From contig OY969801.1 of the NCBI GenBank assembly GCA_963703225.1, positions 224,001 to 288,000 on the forward strand: a stretch of 64,000 bases of DNA, given 5' to 3'. Below the pieces are notes generated by a model. That model searched no databases. It saw nothing but the letters and a program-made list of their open reading frames with translations, and had not been told where the DNA came from. Positions 1-9,827 of this stretch are shown one piece after another. The position numbers and the translations under genes are program-made. This DNA comes from Candidatus Eiseniibacteriota bacterium. GTDB taxonomy: Bacteria; Eisenbacteria; RBG-16-71-46; SZUA-252. The stretch's first letter is position 1. Each line of letters opens with the position of its first letter.

Positions 1-2966
1 TTCGCCCCGGCCCCCATCGTTCGCCCGGAAACCACCTCGCTGACCAGGCGCCCCGCTCGGTTGTAGATCCGCACGGTTACCGGAGCGGAGCGGCCGAGGG
101 AGAACCCGATGGCCACGTGGTCATTGGCGAACGCCCCCGTCGGCGAGAAGACCCTGGGCGTGAAGGTGAGCGCTGAGAGGGCAGCTTCGCCGGCTGGTAT
201 CGTGGTTTCGGCGAAAAGTGCGTACTGCCCCGCCTGCTGCACCGCCAGAGAGACCTTCCCCTCTTCAGGGGTTCCCCCGAGCCGGTGCCACGAGGCTCCA
301 TCTGGAGATTCGTAGACCGCGAGGGATCCCGGCACGGGGGCCATCCCCGCGGTCGAGAATTCGAGAGTGGCGGGCTTTCGCAGAGGAATCGTGCTCCAAG
401 CGATGTCGTAGCTAGGGAGCACTTGGATCGCCCCGGAGGGGAGCGTATCGGGCGGCGAGCCTGCCGCCGCGATCGAAACGAGAGCGTCCTGGTCGAAGGC
501 GTGCGGGGGAAAGTAGAGGTGAAGCTCTTGATTGGTGGTGTAGAGATCGCCACCAGACGCTGCGGTTACCTTCGCAGGCGATGTCTCGCCCACGTACGGG
601 AAGTGGTTGTCGACCACGACCGAGACGAGGGCGCTCCCTGTCAGCCCGACCGAATCCGTAACCGAAACGCGAAGGTCGTACAATCCGTCCCGCAGATTCG
701 ACGTATTCCAATTCGCCAGGTCCCCATCGGTCACCTGCGTCGACGAGTGGGCAAGGAGTATGGCCGCGGGTGGTACCCAGGAATTGGTCCCCGCCGGGCG
801 GACCCAGACGGAATCAGCGAAAAACCGTGCGTCGGCGGTGGTGCCACGAATTGTGGTCGAGCCCTGAACGGCCTGACCAAACGCAGGGGAAGAGAGCGAT
901 GGCGCGGGAGGAGTGGCATCCACAACAAATGCCACGAGAGCGGGGAAGAGGTCCACGTTTCCCGCATAATCGCGGGAGCGCGCCTCCAGCGCATGCGGGC
1001 CGTCCGTGAGGCCGCCCTCGGTCCATGCGCCCACGGGCGCCCAGGCCGACCAAGATCCGCTATCGAGCCTAGAGGAGAACTCGATCCCGTTCGCTTCGCC
1101 AAACGCCGCTATGAATGTCGCCGAGAGGTTGCGCGCGCCAGAGACAGGGGCGGGGACGTTCAAGAAGACGGTCTTCGGGGGAACCCGATCCGGCTCCAGC
1201 CGACTGACCCCGCGATCTGTCCCAAACCAGAGGTTTCCCGCACGATCCTCGAGCATCGCGTAGACCTTGTTGGTGGCCAAGCCGTCGGCGGTCGTGTAGG
1301 TTCTCCAACTCACCCCGTCGAACCGGCTTACGCCGCCATCCGTCCCGAACCAGACATTTCCCGATCGGTCTTCGAGAATGGAGGAAACCAAATCGCCCGC
1401 CATGCCGTCGGCCGTCCTGAAGGTCCTCTGACTCACCCCGTCGAACTGAATCACGCCAAACTGCCCGAACCAGAGGTTCCCTGAGTGGTCCTCAAGCATT
1501 GATGAGGGAGCAATGACTAGATCGGTATAGGTGGTCCAGCCGGCCCCGTCGAAGCGGCCGACTCCTCTAGCCGTCCCAACCCAGAGATTGCCCGAGCGGT
1601 CCTCGAGCATCGAAAGAACGAGGTTGTCCGGTAGGCCGTCGGCGGTCGTGTAGGTCCTCCAACTCACTCCATCGAACCGGAGGAGGCCATTCGTCCCGAA
1701 CCAGAGGTTTCCGGCCCGGTCCTCGAGAATCGAATGAACGTCGTAGTACAACGGTGTACTCCAGCCCCCGTCGAAGAGGCTGACGCCGCCATCCGTCCCA
1801 AGCCATAGGCGCCCCGAGCGGTCCTCGAGCATCGAGTGAACAGCGTTGCCCGCCAGGCCGTCGAAAGTCGTGTAGGTCTTCCAGCTCGCTCCGTCGAACC
1901 GACTGACGCCGCTGCCTTGGGTTCCGAACCAATACCTCCTCGAGCCATCCTGGAGCATCGAGATAACGGTATTCCCGGCGAGACCGTCGGCGATCGAATA
2001 GCTCTTCCAACTCACCCCGTCGAACCGGCTCACGCCGCTGCCATAGGTCGCAAACCAAAGGTTCCCCGAGCGGTCCTGGAGCATCGAGCGAACAGCATTA
2101 CCCGCAAGGCCGTCGGTGGTCGAATAGGTTCTCCAGGTCACACCATCGAACTGACTCACGCCGCCATCCTCAGTCCCGAACCAAATGTTTCCCGAGCGGT
2201 CCTGGAGCATCGAGCGAACAGCATTACCCGCTAGGCCATCACTGGTCGTATACGGTCTCCAGCTCACCCCGTCGAACCGATTGACGCCGCCATCCTGCGT
2301 CCCGAACCAGAGGTTTCCGGAGTGGTCCTCGAGCATCGAGATAACAATACTGTTCGCCAGACCGTCGCTGGTCCCATAGGTCCTCCAACTCATTCCGTCG
2401 AATCGGTTGACGCAGATATCAGTCCCAAACCAGAGATTCCCCGCTCGATCCTCAAGCATCGAGAAGACTGCATAGCCGGTCAGACCGTCGCTGGTCCCAT
2501 AGGTCCTCCAATTCACTCCGTCGAATCGGGCGACGCCTCTATCCGTCCCGAACCAGAGGTTGCCCGAACGATCTTCGAGAATGCTGTAGATATCATTGCT
2601 ATTGGTCAGTAGATCGGTGTAGATCCTCCAGCCCACCCCGTCGAATCGGCCGATGCCGTGGCCGACCGTTCCGAACCAGAGGTTGCCCGAGTGGTCCTCA
2701 AGCATTGAGGAAACCGCGTTGCCGGCCAACCCCTCCGCTGTCGTCCACATCCTCCAGGTCACCCCGTCGAACCGACTGACCCCGCGTCCTACGGTTCCGA
2801 ACCAGAGGTTTCCCAAGTGGTCCTCGAGCATCGACGAGACGTAGTTGTCCGCTAGGCCGCTCGATTTGCTGAAGGTTTGCCACTCGCACCAACCGAACTC
2901 TGGCAAGACGAGGATGATGGCCGGGAGCATAATCCACACACCAGCAAGCCCCCGTCGCGCCCTCAC
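1..2966 (-). CDS. Secreted two-component-regulator-type beta-propeller repeat protein with C-terminal FlgD-Ig/T9SS-like domain (3' end runs off window)
   Basis: Absent from the ORF track because it has no stop in the window. Manual translation from GTG 2966 (GTGA overlap with the upstream stop) gives a signal peptide, then repeats like MLEDHLGNLWFGTVGRGVSRFDGVTW. The same frame at the left edge reads LSALTFTPRVFSPTGAFANDHVAIGFSLGRSAPVTVRIYNRAGRLV. Paralog of 4887..8348. Confidence 0.88.
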   Translation of the reverse strand, partial: MRARRGLAGVWIMLPAIILVLPEFGWCEWQTFSKSSGLADNYVSSMLEDHLGNLWFGTVGRGVSRFDGVTWRMWTTAEGLAGNAVSSMLEDHSGNLWFGTVGHGIGRFDGVGWRIYTDLLTNSNDIYSILEDRSGNLWFGTDRGVARFDGVNWRTYGTSDGLTGYAVFSMLEDRAGNLWFGTDICVNRFDGMSWRTYGTSDGLANSIVISMLEDHSGNLWFGTQDGGVNRFDGVSWRPYTTSDGLAGNAVRSMLQDRSGNIWFGTEDGGVSQFDGVTWRTYSTTDGLAGNAVRSMLQDRSGNLWFATYGSGVSRFDGVSWKSYSIADGLAGNTVISMLQDGSRRYWFGTQGSGVSRFDGASWKTYTTFDGLAGNAVHSMLEDRSGRLWLGTDGGVSLFDGGWSTPLYYDVHSILEDRAGNLWFGTNGLLRFDGVSWRTYTTADGLPDNLVLSMLEDRSGNLWVGTARGVGRFDGAGWTTYTDLVIAPSSMLEDHSGNLWFGQFGVIQFDGVSQRTFRTADGMAGDLVSSILEDRSGNVWFGTDGGVSRFDGVSWRTYTTADGLATNKVYAMLEDRAGNLWFGTDRGVSRLEPDRVPPKTVFLNVPAPVSGARNLSATFIAAFGEANGIEFSSRLDSGSWSAWAPVGAWTEGGLTDGPHALEARSRDYAGNVDLFPALVAFVVDATPPAPSLSSPAFGQAVQGSTTIRGTTADARFFADSVWVRPAGTNSWVPPAAILLAHSSTQVTDGDLANWNTSNLRDGLYDLRVSVTDSVGLTGSALVSVVVDNHFPYVGETSPAKVTAASGGDLYTTNQELHLYFPPHAFDQDALVSIAAAGSPPDTLPSGAIQVLPSYDIAWSTIPLRKPATLEFSTAGMAPVPGSLAVYESPDGASWHRLGGTPEEGKVSLAVQQAGQYALFAETTIPAGEAALSALTFTPRVFSPTGAFANDHVAIGFSLGRSAPVTVRIYNRAGRLVSEVVSGRTMGAGA
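2065..2231. repeat. Identical 41-nt direct repeat (2065-2105 and 2191-2231) in adjacent propeller blades
   Basis: CCCGAGCGGTCCTGGAGCATCGAGCGAACAGCATTACCCGC occurs twice, 126 nt apart. Confidence 0.9.
2358..2511. repeat. Identical 31-nt direct repeat (2358-2388 and 2481-2511) in adjacent propeller blades
   Basis: CAGACCGTCGCTGGTCCCATAGGTCCTCCAA occurs twice, 123 nt apart. Confidence 0.9.
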
Positions 2967-4852
2967 CGCGCCACCGCCACCTTTCGCACGACCACTCCGC
3001 TGCGGGTTTCCAAACGCAAGAGATAGATGCCCGATGCGACCGTCCGCCCGCGGCCGTCTTGGCCGTTCCAGGTCATCGCGTGCCAGCCTGCCGTGGAAGT
3101 GGAGTTCGTGAGCGTCGTGATTCTGCTTCCTCGAACGTCGAATACATCGAGCCGGACCGGTCCCGCCGCAGGAAGGCCGTACTGGATCTCCAACCTGCCA
3201 TTCGTTGGATTCGCGGCCGCGAAGCGGAGCGAGGGAGCCGACGGCGCACCCTCTCCGGGGACCTCGACCCACACCTCCATCAACGTTTCCTCTCCGGACT
3301 CATCTCGCACGACCAGCCGGTACTGATAGCGGCGGCCGGGGCTCACGGCGCTGTCCTCAAACTGCAGGCGGCTGGCGCCATCGGGAGTCGCATTGCCGAG
3401 CCGGACCCAATCGCCCTGCTGCTCGCGGCGAAATACTGTTGCAATCACGGCTCGCGCCTCTGGAACGAGCCAGACGAGGCGCACGCGGTCGGGCTGGGCC
3501 ACCGACTCCAAAAGTGTGGCACTGATGGCCGTGGGCACGTCGGGGGGCACGATGAGTCCAGCTTCGTAGGCGGCGCGTACCGTGGCGGCCACATATCGAA
3601 GGTCGGCGACGGAAGAGAGTCGATCCGTCCCCTGACCGATGGAGATCGCCCAGAGGGTTTCCTGCGAATCTCCCGGCGCCATGGCGAAGGGGCCCGAGGT
3701 GAGAGCGAACCGCCGATCATCTGCATTCGAATCCAGCCAGTTGGTCGGGCCATTGGGCGCGCCCGGATCTAGACCCGAAACCTGGAACGAAGTGATCGGC
3801 TGGAGCAAATCATCCTGCACATGGACCGGCGACCCGTCCGCGTGGAAGCCGCGCATGTGGTTATAGGTTTCCGTGGCGGAGGTCGGATCCGTTCCGTTTT
3901 CGTACTTGGTGAACGCGGTCACGCCCAGGGTGTCGGTTACGCCTTGCGACACAAAAGCGGCGGGACCCCGAAGGAGAGAAAAGCCGACAGCCGGCGGATC
4001 CGAGCCGTACTGCTGGTCGGCGTTGGTTGCGTTGTAGCAGTAGCCGAGGCTCAGGGTGGTGTCACATCCAACGAGGTCGTCCGAGGGGTCCCCCAGATCG
4101 GGATCGGCCCAGAGCGAAACGTACGCGCTATCAAGCTGATCCCCACCCTTATTCAGAATCCTAGTCCTGAGAAAGATGACATTCCCGAGCGGGCCACTGC
4201 GATTGAACGCAAAGGTCGATTGCTGGACCTCGATACCGAGCGGAAGCGTAGAGCCGGCCTTGTTCGTGTGGACGTTTGGATCAGCGTCGTTGTAGACGCT
4301 CCAGATCATCGCATCACCGAGGAGTGCCGGCTGACCCAGCGAGTCAAGAGGGGCGCCATCCTGCACAGGCCAGTTCAAGTAGTCGAAGCTCGTCGTATTG
4401 CCGCGGACGATCATGTAGTTCTTGAACTGTGGATTGTCCGGCAGAAATGTGCCGTTCAGCATCCGCCCCGGCACGAATTCCTGACTGTAGGCACTCATGG
4501 TGATCCGGACATCGGTTCCCACCTTGGCACCGATCCACATCCCGGCGGCAAACACCGCCGTATGGCCCGACCCCTTTGGATATTCGAGCCCAGCGCTGCC
4601 CGTGGTCAGGTCGTACGCGAACGACCCGTGATTCGTGACGATCATGTCGAGGTTGTTCACGTCCATGCGGCCGGAATTATCGATGGTCGCCGGTGCGGGG
4701 TTAGTTCCCGGCCCTGCTGAGCTCCGCGCAGGATGCCCGGCCGGCGTGGGGGTACGAGCGGCGGCATCAATGGAGCATGCTGCCAGGATTCCTAGACACA
4801 GGATGACTCGAACCGCCGAATATTTGTGAAAGCGCGGATTCATGGGCCTCAT
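2963..4852 (-). CDS. Secreted protein with C-terminal FlgD-Ig/T9SS-like sorting domain
   Basis: 629-aa ORF (alternative start 4843) with a signal peptide and C-terminal WNGQDGRGRTVASGIYLLRL...VVRKVAVAR. Confidence 0.85.
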   Translation of the reverse strand: MRPMNPRFHKYSAVRVILCLGILAACSIDAAARTPTPAGHPARSSAGPGTNPAPATIDNSGRMDVNNLDMIVTNHGSFAYDLTTGSAGLEYPKGSGHTAVFAAGMWIGAKVGTDVRITMSAYSQEFVPGRMLNGTFLPDNPQFKNYMIVRGNTTSFDYLNWPVQDGAPLDSLGQPALLGDAMIWSVYNDADPNVHTNKAGSTLPLGIEVQQSTFAFNRSGPLGNVIFLRTRILNKGGDQLDSAYVSLWADPDLGDPSDDLVGCDTTLSLGYCYNATNADQQYGSDPPAVGFSLLRGPAAFVSQGVTDTLGVTAFTKYENGTDPTSATETYNHMRGFHADGSPVHVQDDLLQPITSFQVSGLDPGAPNGPTNWLDSNADDRRFALTSGPFAMAPGDSQETLWAISIGQGTDRLSSVADLRYVAATVRAAYEAGLIVPPDVPTAISATLLESVAQPDRVRLVWLVPEARAVIATVFRREQQGDWVRLGNATPDGASRLQFEDSAVSPGRRYQYRLVVRDESGEETLMEVWVEVPGEGAPSAPSLRFAAANPTNGRLEIQYGLPAAGPVRLDVFDVRGSRITTLTNSTSTAGWHAMTWNGQDGRGRTVASGIYLLRLETRSGVVVRKVAVAR

Positions 4853-4886
4853 TCCCCTCGTAGGACGACGGCCGGACCTGGCATCT

Positions 4887-7800
4887 CTACTTCACGACGG
4901 CGAGCGGGGCCCGCTCCGCATGGCCGAGCGCCTCGACCGTGACAAGATAGAGCCCATCCTCCACGACCCGCCCGTCGCGGTCGGTGCCGTCCCAGCGAAT
5001 CAAGTTCGCTCCGGCACCGAGATTGAGACCGACGACCACCTCCCTCACAAGGCGTCCTGCCCGGTTGTAGATCTTCACCGTGACCGGTGCCGGCCGCCCC
5101 AACGCAAAGCTGATCGCGACCTCCCGATCAGCGAACGTTCCGGAGGGGGAGAAGACTCTCGGCGTGAACGAGAGGGTCGAGAGCGTTTTCGGGCCCCCCG
5201 TGGGAGGCGAGCCTTCCGCGAAAACCGCATAGCGGCCAGCCTCGGTCAGCGCGAGAGCGATATGGCCGGCCGGGTCCCCCACCAACGTGCCCCCGATACG
5301 GTGCCAGGTCGCACCGTCCATCGAGGCATAAACCACAGGCGTTCCCTGTGCGGCGGTTCCGCCGGGGAGCGCGAGTTCCAACCGCGCGGATTTGAGTAAC
5401 TTGGCGCTCCAGCCCACGTCGTATCCAGCGAGGACGCGCACCGCGCCGGAAGAAATCGTGTCGGGTACGGCGGTGTCGGGGTTTGGCGCGAGGGTGACGA
5501 GGGCGTCTTCGCGGAATGCGTGAGGCGGAAAGTAGAAGTGGGCTTCGGATCTGGTCGTGTAGATGTCACCACCCGTGGCCGCCACTACGCGGGCAGGGGC
5601 GGTGACATCGGCATGGGGGAAGGCGTTGTCTACTTGGGCGGTCACTTGCACGACGCCCGTGAGTCCTAGGGAGTCGGTGGCCGCGACGCGAAGATCGTAA
5701 AGTCCGTCGGGAAACGATGCGGTCGACCAGGTGGCGAGGACGCCCGAGGTGACGGGGCTGCTCGCGCGAGCAATCTCCGTCGCATCGGGCGGATTCCAGG
5801 TGGCCGACCCAGCCGGGCGGACAGTCACTTGAAATTCTCGAAGCCGCCGATCGTCCACCGTCCCCTGGATCGTCACCGCACCGTGAACCACTGCGCCGAA
5901 TGAGGGTGAGTTGACGACTGGCGCGGGAGCCGTGGCATCGATCTCGAACGTCGCTCGCGCGGGCGTGGGGTCCACGTTCAGCAGGAAGTCGCGGGAACGG
6001 GCTTCGAGCACATGAATTCCGTCGGCCGCGTCGCTCAGAGACCAGTTGCTGGTTCGCGACCACTCCGTCCACGGGCCGCCGTCCTGTCTGTAGGAGAACT
6101 CAATTGCCTCCACCTCGCCGAAGGCCGCCGCGAACAGCGCGCTCTGGTTTCGTGCGGAGGAGACGGGAGGCGGGGCGCTCAAGAACACCGTCTGCGGCGG
6201 GACCCGGTCTGGCTCATAGCGGGTCATTCCAGCGCCAAATGTACCGAACCAGACGTTTCCGGCCCGGTCCCCCAGCACGCCGAGCACTCGGTTGCTGGCC
6301 AATCCGTCGGCAACTGTGACCGTTCTCCATTCGGATCCATCGAAAGCGGCCGCGCCCCCTTCTAGCGCTCCGAACCAGAGGCGCCCCGATCGATCCTCGG
6401 CGATCGAAAAAACCTGTTCTCCAGCCAGACCGTCGGATGCGTTGAATGACGTCCACGAGGATCCGTTGAACCGAACGACACCAATGCCGGGTTGAGTGAG
6501 AAAGGGTCGAAACCAAATATTCCCAGAGCGGTCCTCTATCATGGGGATCCACCCCCCGGCGGGGAGGCCGTTGGCGAGCGTGTAGGTGTGCCACAGCGCT
6601 CCATCGAATCGAGTGACGATATTTTGGTCTGAGCCGAACCAGAGATTCCCGGAGCGATCCACGAGCATGCCCGCCACGTTGTCGCTGCCAAGGCCGTCGG
6701 CTGCCGTAAAGGTCCGCCACCCCATTTCATCGAATCGGCTCACTCCGGAAGCGGCTGTGGCAAACCAGAGATGTCCGGCGCGATCCTCGACCAGCTTGGT
6801 CACGCTGTTGCTGGCGAGGCCATCCGCGGTTGTGAAGTTCCGCCAGGTCGTTCCATCGTAGTATCCCACCCCACTGAGGCTGGTCAGGGCCCAAATCTTG
6901 CCCGAATGATCTTCCAGCACGGGGTTCGCGTCGCCGCTAGGGATCCCGTCCGCGGTCGTGAAGACCGACCAGGTCGAGCCGTCGTAGTGACTAACGGTTC
7001 CCGCCGTCGCGACCCAGAGACCTCCGGCTCTGTCCAGGAGGAAGGACTGAACGGATATGTTCACATGGCCCCCATTCAACGGCGTGAAATTCTGCCAAGT
7101 CGCGCCGTCGTATCGGCTCAGTCCTCCATCATTTGTTCCAAACCAGATATTCCCCGATGGATCCTCCTGAATGGACAACACGATCGTGCCGGTCGGTCCA
7201 CTTCCTCTGGTGAAGGATTTCCACGTCGAGCAGTCGAAGCGGCTCACCCCCCCGTACGTCACGAACCAGACGTTTCCAGACTGGTCCAGTAGGAGCGAGA
7301 GAACGGCTTCGTTGGCGAGACCATCCGCCACTCTGAAGTTTTGCCAATTTCGCCCGTCAAATCGGCTCGCGCCGTACATGAAGGTCCCGAACCACAAGTT
7401 TCCGAATCGATCCTCCAGGATCGAGGTCACATCGTTGGTCGGCAGTCCGTCGGCGGACGTGATGATTTGCCAGGTGGTTCCGTCGTAGCGGCTCACCCCC
7501 GCGAGGTCCGCGAAGGCATCCCAGCCGTAATGTGAGAGCCACAGTCTGCCCAGTCGGTCCTCGAAAATGGACGCGATGATGTTGGCGGCCAGTCCATCGG
7601 CCGTCGTGAAAGTTTTCCAGGTCGTCCCGTCGAACCGGCTCAATCCATCAGTAGTCCCAAACCAGAGATTTCCAAATCTGTCCTCATGAATTGCCATAAC
7701 TCGATTCGAAGCCAATCCATCAGAGAGCGTGAACGTGGTCCATGCCACTCCGTTGTATCTGCTCACTCCACCACCCTCGGTTCCGAACCAGAGGTTTCCT

Positions 7801-8348
7801 GCATGGTCCTCCAGCATGCAAATGACCTCGATCTGGGGGGGCACATCACCGATCGCAACAATCGTCCACGCGCTGCCGTCGTATCGGCTCACGCCGCCAT
7901 GATCTCCCCCAGCCCAGAGGTTCCCCAGACGGTCCTCCAGCATGCAGACAACGAGATTGCCTGCAAGTCCGTCGGCGGCGGTAAATGTCTTCCAAGTCGC
8001 GCCGTCGTATCGGGTCACGCCCCCGCCGTAGGTCCCAAACCAGAAGTTCTCAGCGCGATCCTGAAGCATGCATCGGGGAATAAATGGGGGTAACCCGGCT
8101 CGCGAGGTGAAGGTCTGCCAGCGGGCTCGGGCCCCCGAGGGACAGGCGGCGATAGCGATGACGGCCACAGAGCAGAGGAGCCAAAGGTGGCGCCTTCTAC
8201 GCCTCGGACGGTGTGGGCGCAGCGGCGATGGAATCTCAGGACCGCCAACTGGATTCCGGACCATGACCGATTCCCCCAATCGTGCTCGCGCCCCGCGATT
8301 CCCTTCACAGGGATGAAACGGGCGCAAACCGAAAACTGATCGGTTCAC
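4887..8348 (-). CDS. Secreted beta-propeller repeat protein (two-component regulator propeller type) with Ig-like and FlgD-Ig C-terminal domains
   Basis: About 15 EDxxGNLWFGT..GVSRYDG..W repeats and C-terminal WDGTDRDGRVVEDGLYLV. The true start may lie further downstream, nearer the RRRRRHLWLL signal peptide. Confidence 0.9.
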   Translation of the reverse strand: MNRSVFGLRPFHPCEGNRGARARLGESVMVRNPVGGPEIPSPLRPHRPRRRRRHLWLLCSVAVIAIAACPSGARARWQTFTSRAGLPPFIPRCMLQDRAENFWFGTYGGGVTRYDGATWKTFTAADGLAGNLVVCMLEDRLGNLWAGGDHGGVSRYDGSAWTIVAIGDVPPQIEVICMLEDHAGNLWFGTEGGGVSRYNGVAWTTFTLSDGLASNRVMAIHEDRFGNLWFGTTDGLSRFDGTTWKTFTTADGLAANIIASIFEDRLGRLWLSHYGWDAFADLAGVSRYDGTTWQIITSADGLPTNDVTSILEDRFGNLWFGTFMYGASRFDGRNWQNFRVADGLANEAVLSLLLDQSGNVWFVTYGGVSRFDCSTWKSFTRGSGPTGTIVLSIQEDPSGNIWFGTNDGGLSRYDGATWQNFTPLNGGHVNISVQSFLLDRAGGLWVATAGTVSHYDGSTWSVFTTADGIPSGDANPVLEDHSGKIWALTSLSGVGYYDGTTWRNFTTADGLASNSVTKLVEDRAGHLWFATAASGVSRFDEMGWRTFTAADGLGSDNVAGMLVDRSGNLWFGSDQNIVTRFDGALWHTYTLANGLPAGGWIPMIEDRSGNIWFRPFLTQPGIGVVRFNGSSWTSFNASDGLAGEQVFSIAEDRSGRLWFGALEGGAAAFDGSEWRTVTVADGLASNRVLGVLGDRAGNVWFGTFGAGMTRYEPDRVPPQTVFLSAPPPVSSARNQSALFAAAFGEVEAIEFSYRQDGGPWTEWSRTSNWSLSDAADGIHVLEARSRDFLLNVDPTPARATFEIDATAPAPVVNSPSFGAVVHGAVTIQGTVDDRRLREFQVTVRPAGSATWNPPDATEIARASSPVTSGVLATWSTASFPDGLYDLRVAATDSLGLTGVVQVTAQVDNAFPHADVTAPARVVAATGGDIYTTRSEAHFYFPPHAFREDALVTLAPNPDTAVPDTISSGAVRVLAGYDVGWSAKLLKSARLELALPGGTAAQGTPVVYASMDGATWHRIGGTLVGDPAGHIALALTEAGRYAVFAEGSPPTGGPKTLSTLSFTPRVFSPSGTFADREVAISFALGRPAPVTVKIYNRAGRLVREVVVGLNLGAGANLIRWDGTDRDGRVVEDGLYLVTVEALGHAERAPLAVVK

Positions 8349-8489
8349 GGTGGTGGCTGGCAGAAAAAACTCCTGAGCTTACATATTACTCCTCGGGGTA
8401 CCCGTTTCGGAACGCAACTTCGCTGCCTGGAAGATCGTGACATGCGTGCCTCTAAGCGCTTCCGCCGCGTTGAGATAAAGACCGTCCAA

Positions 8490-8524
8490 ATTTGAAGGGG
8501 GCGAGATCTCGCGATCCCGCCCCC
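8490..8524 (-). terminator. Putative intrinsic terminator or attenuator hairpin
   Basis: Minus strand GGGGGCGGGATC-GCGA-GATCTCGCCCCC (12 bp, one G-U pair) followed by TTCAAAT; the U-tract is imperfect. Confidence 0.5.
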
Positions 8525-8705
8525 CTATTTCATTTCGCGTCCCGCGGTGAGGGTCGGCTGCGACAGGCTCCCCACCCGACACGGCGACCGCCGCAGGACG
8601 CGCATCGCGCTGACCCCCCACAGGTATGGCGCGACGTAGACTTAGCGCGAATCCGGTCCGCCCTTAAGATCCGCGCCCTTTCATTGGGCTCGTCCTGCAC
8701 AGATC

Positions 8706-8720
8706 GCATGGGTCGTGCCA
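8706..8720 (-). promoter_or_regulatory. Putative sigma54 (-24/-12) promoter
   Basis: Minus strand TGGCACGACCCATGC matches TGGCACG-N4-TTGC with one mismatch; intergenic and oriented toward the propeller genes. Confidence 0.6.
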
Positions 8721-8914
8721 TGGCGTTCACCCGACGCGGCGAACACATGAAGTCGTTATCTATCTTGGGATTTCCAAGTGCGGTCTAGAGAGGCGCAACG
8801 GGGAGGCGGTGCGGAGATTCCACATTTTTGTCGTCCAGCTTCGTCGAACCACCTCAGCCGACGCCGGCGGTACCCCGCTGAGGCGATTTCTGGAACGCCT
8901 CCACCGGCCCCAGG

Positions 8915-9823
8915 TCATGCCATGGCACGAAACGCCTCCTCGACCATGTCGGCGTGGATCCCAACCGTGTCGGTCACGTCGCGGGCATAGCCGCCCGCCA
9001 GGAAACAGACGACCGGGGTCGTACCTTTCGCGCAGGCTTCGAACACGAGACGGTCCCGACGCCGCAGATCCTCTCGCGTCAGGCGAAGCCTGCCGAGCTG
9101 GTCCTCCTCGAACGGGTCGGCCCCGGCGACGTAAGCGACGAGATCGGGGCGATGCTGACTCAGGATCTTCGGGACCCACTCTCCGAGCGCCGCGAGGTAT
9201 GTCGCTCCATCCGCGCCGGTTTCGAGCCCGATGTCGCGATCGCTGGGCGGCTTGATCGCCGGGTAGTTGCTCTCCTCGTGGATCGAGAACGTGAAGACCG
9301 ACGGATCTTCGCGGAAGATGGCGGCAGTTCCGTTTCCCTGGTGCACGTCGACATCGATCACCGCCGCGCGGCGGATCTTCTTCTGGTGCTGAAGATCGCG
9401 AATCGAGATCGCGATGTCGTTGAAGACGCAAAACCCCTCGCCGTGATCGGCGAACGCGTGGTGGAAGCCTCCGGCCAGGTTGATCCCGGCGCCGCGCTCG
9501 ACGGCCGATTCCGCCGCGAGAATGCTCCCGCCCGCTCCCAGAAACGACGCTTCCACCAGCTCCTTCGAGTAGGGCAGCTCGAGGATCGCCACCTCCAACG
9601 CGGAGAGCGTCCCCCGGGTGAGCTTGTCGACGTAGGCGCGGTCGTGGACTCGGAGCACCTGCTCCGTCGTCGCGGGCTTCGGCTCCAAGAACTCGTCCTC
9701 GCGCACCAATCTTCGCCGGACGATCTCATCGCGCACCATTCGGAACTTGCGCGTGGGAAAAACATGCGCGCCAATGTCGTAGTAATAGCGCTCCGAGTAG
9801 ACGACCGCGGGACGAGCCTTCAC
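8915..9823 (-). CDS. Histone deacetylase family protein
   Basis: GGFHHA, GFCVFND, DVDVHQGNGT, GADP..D.LG and GGY motifs; GTG 9823 just after the upstream stop. Confidence 0.93.
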   Translation of the reverse strand: MKARPAVVYSERYYYDIGAHVFPTRKFRMVRDEIVRRRLVREDEFLEPKPATTEQVLRVHDRAYVDKLTRGTLSALEVAILELPYSKELVEASFLGAGGSILAAESAVERGAGINLAGGFHHAFADHGEGFCVFNDIAISIRDLQHQKKIRRAAVIDVDVHQGNGTAAIFREDPSVFTFSIHEESNYPAIKPPSDRDIGLETGADGATYLAALGEWVPKILSQHRPDLVAYVAGADPFEEDQLGRLRLTREDLRRRDRLVFEACAKGTTPVVCFLAGGYARDVTDTVGIHADMVEEAFRAMA

Positions 9824-9827
9824 GTCT

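Noticed and set aside
1200..8100. Regular ~125-nt periodicity resembling a CRISPR array or DGR repeats
   Set aside because: The units are in-frame propeller blades with codon-level divergence; no cas or reverse transcriptase gene is in the window
8379..8788. Track ORFs 8379..8621, 8492..8788 and 8530..8748
   Set aside because: No protein-like features; they cross the predicted promoter or the hairpins
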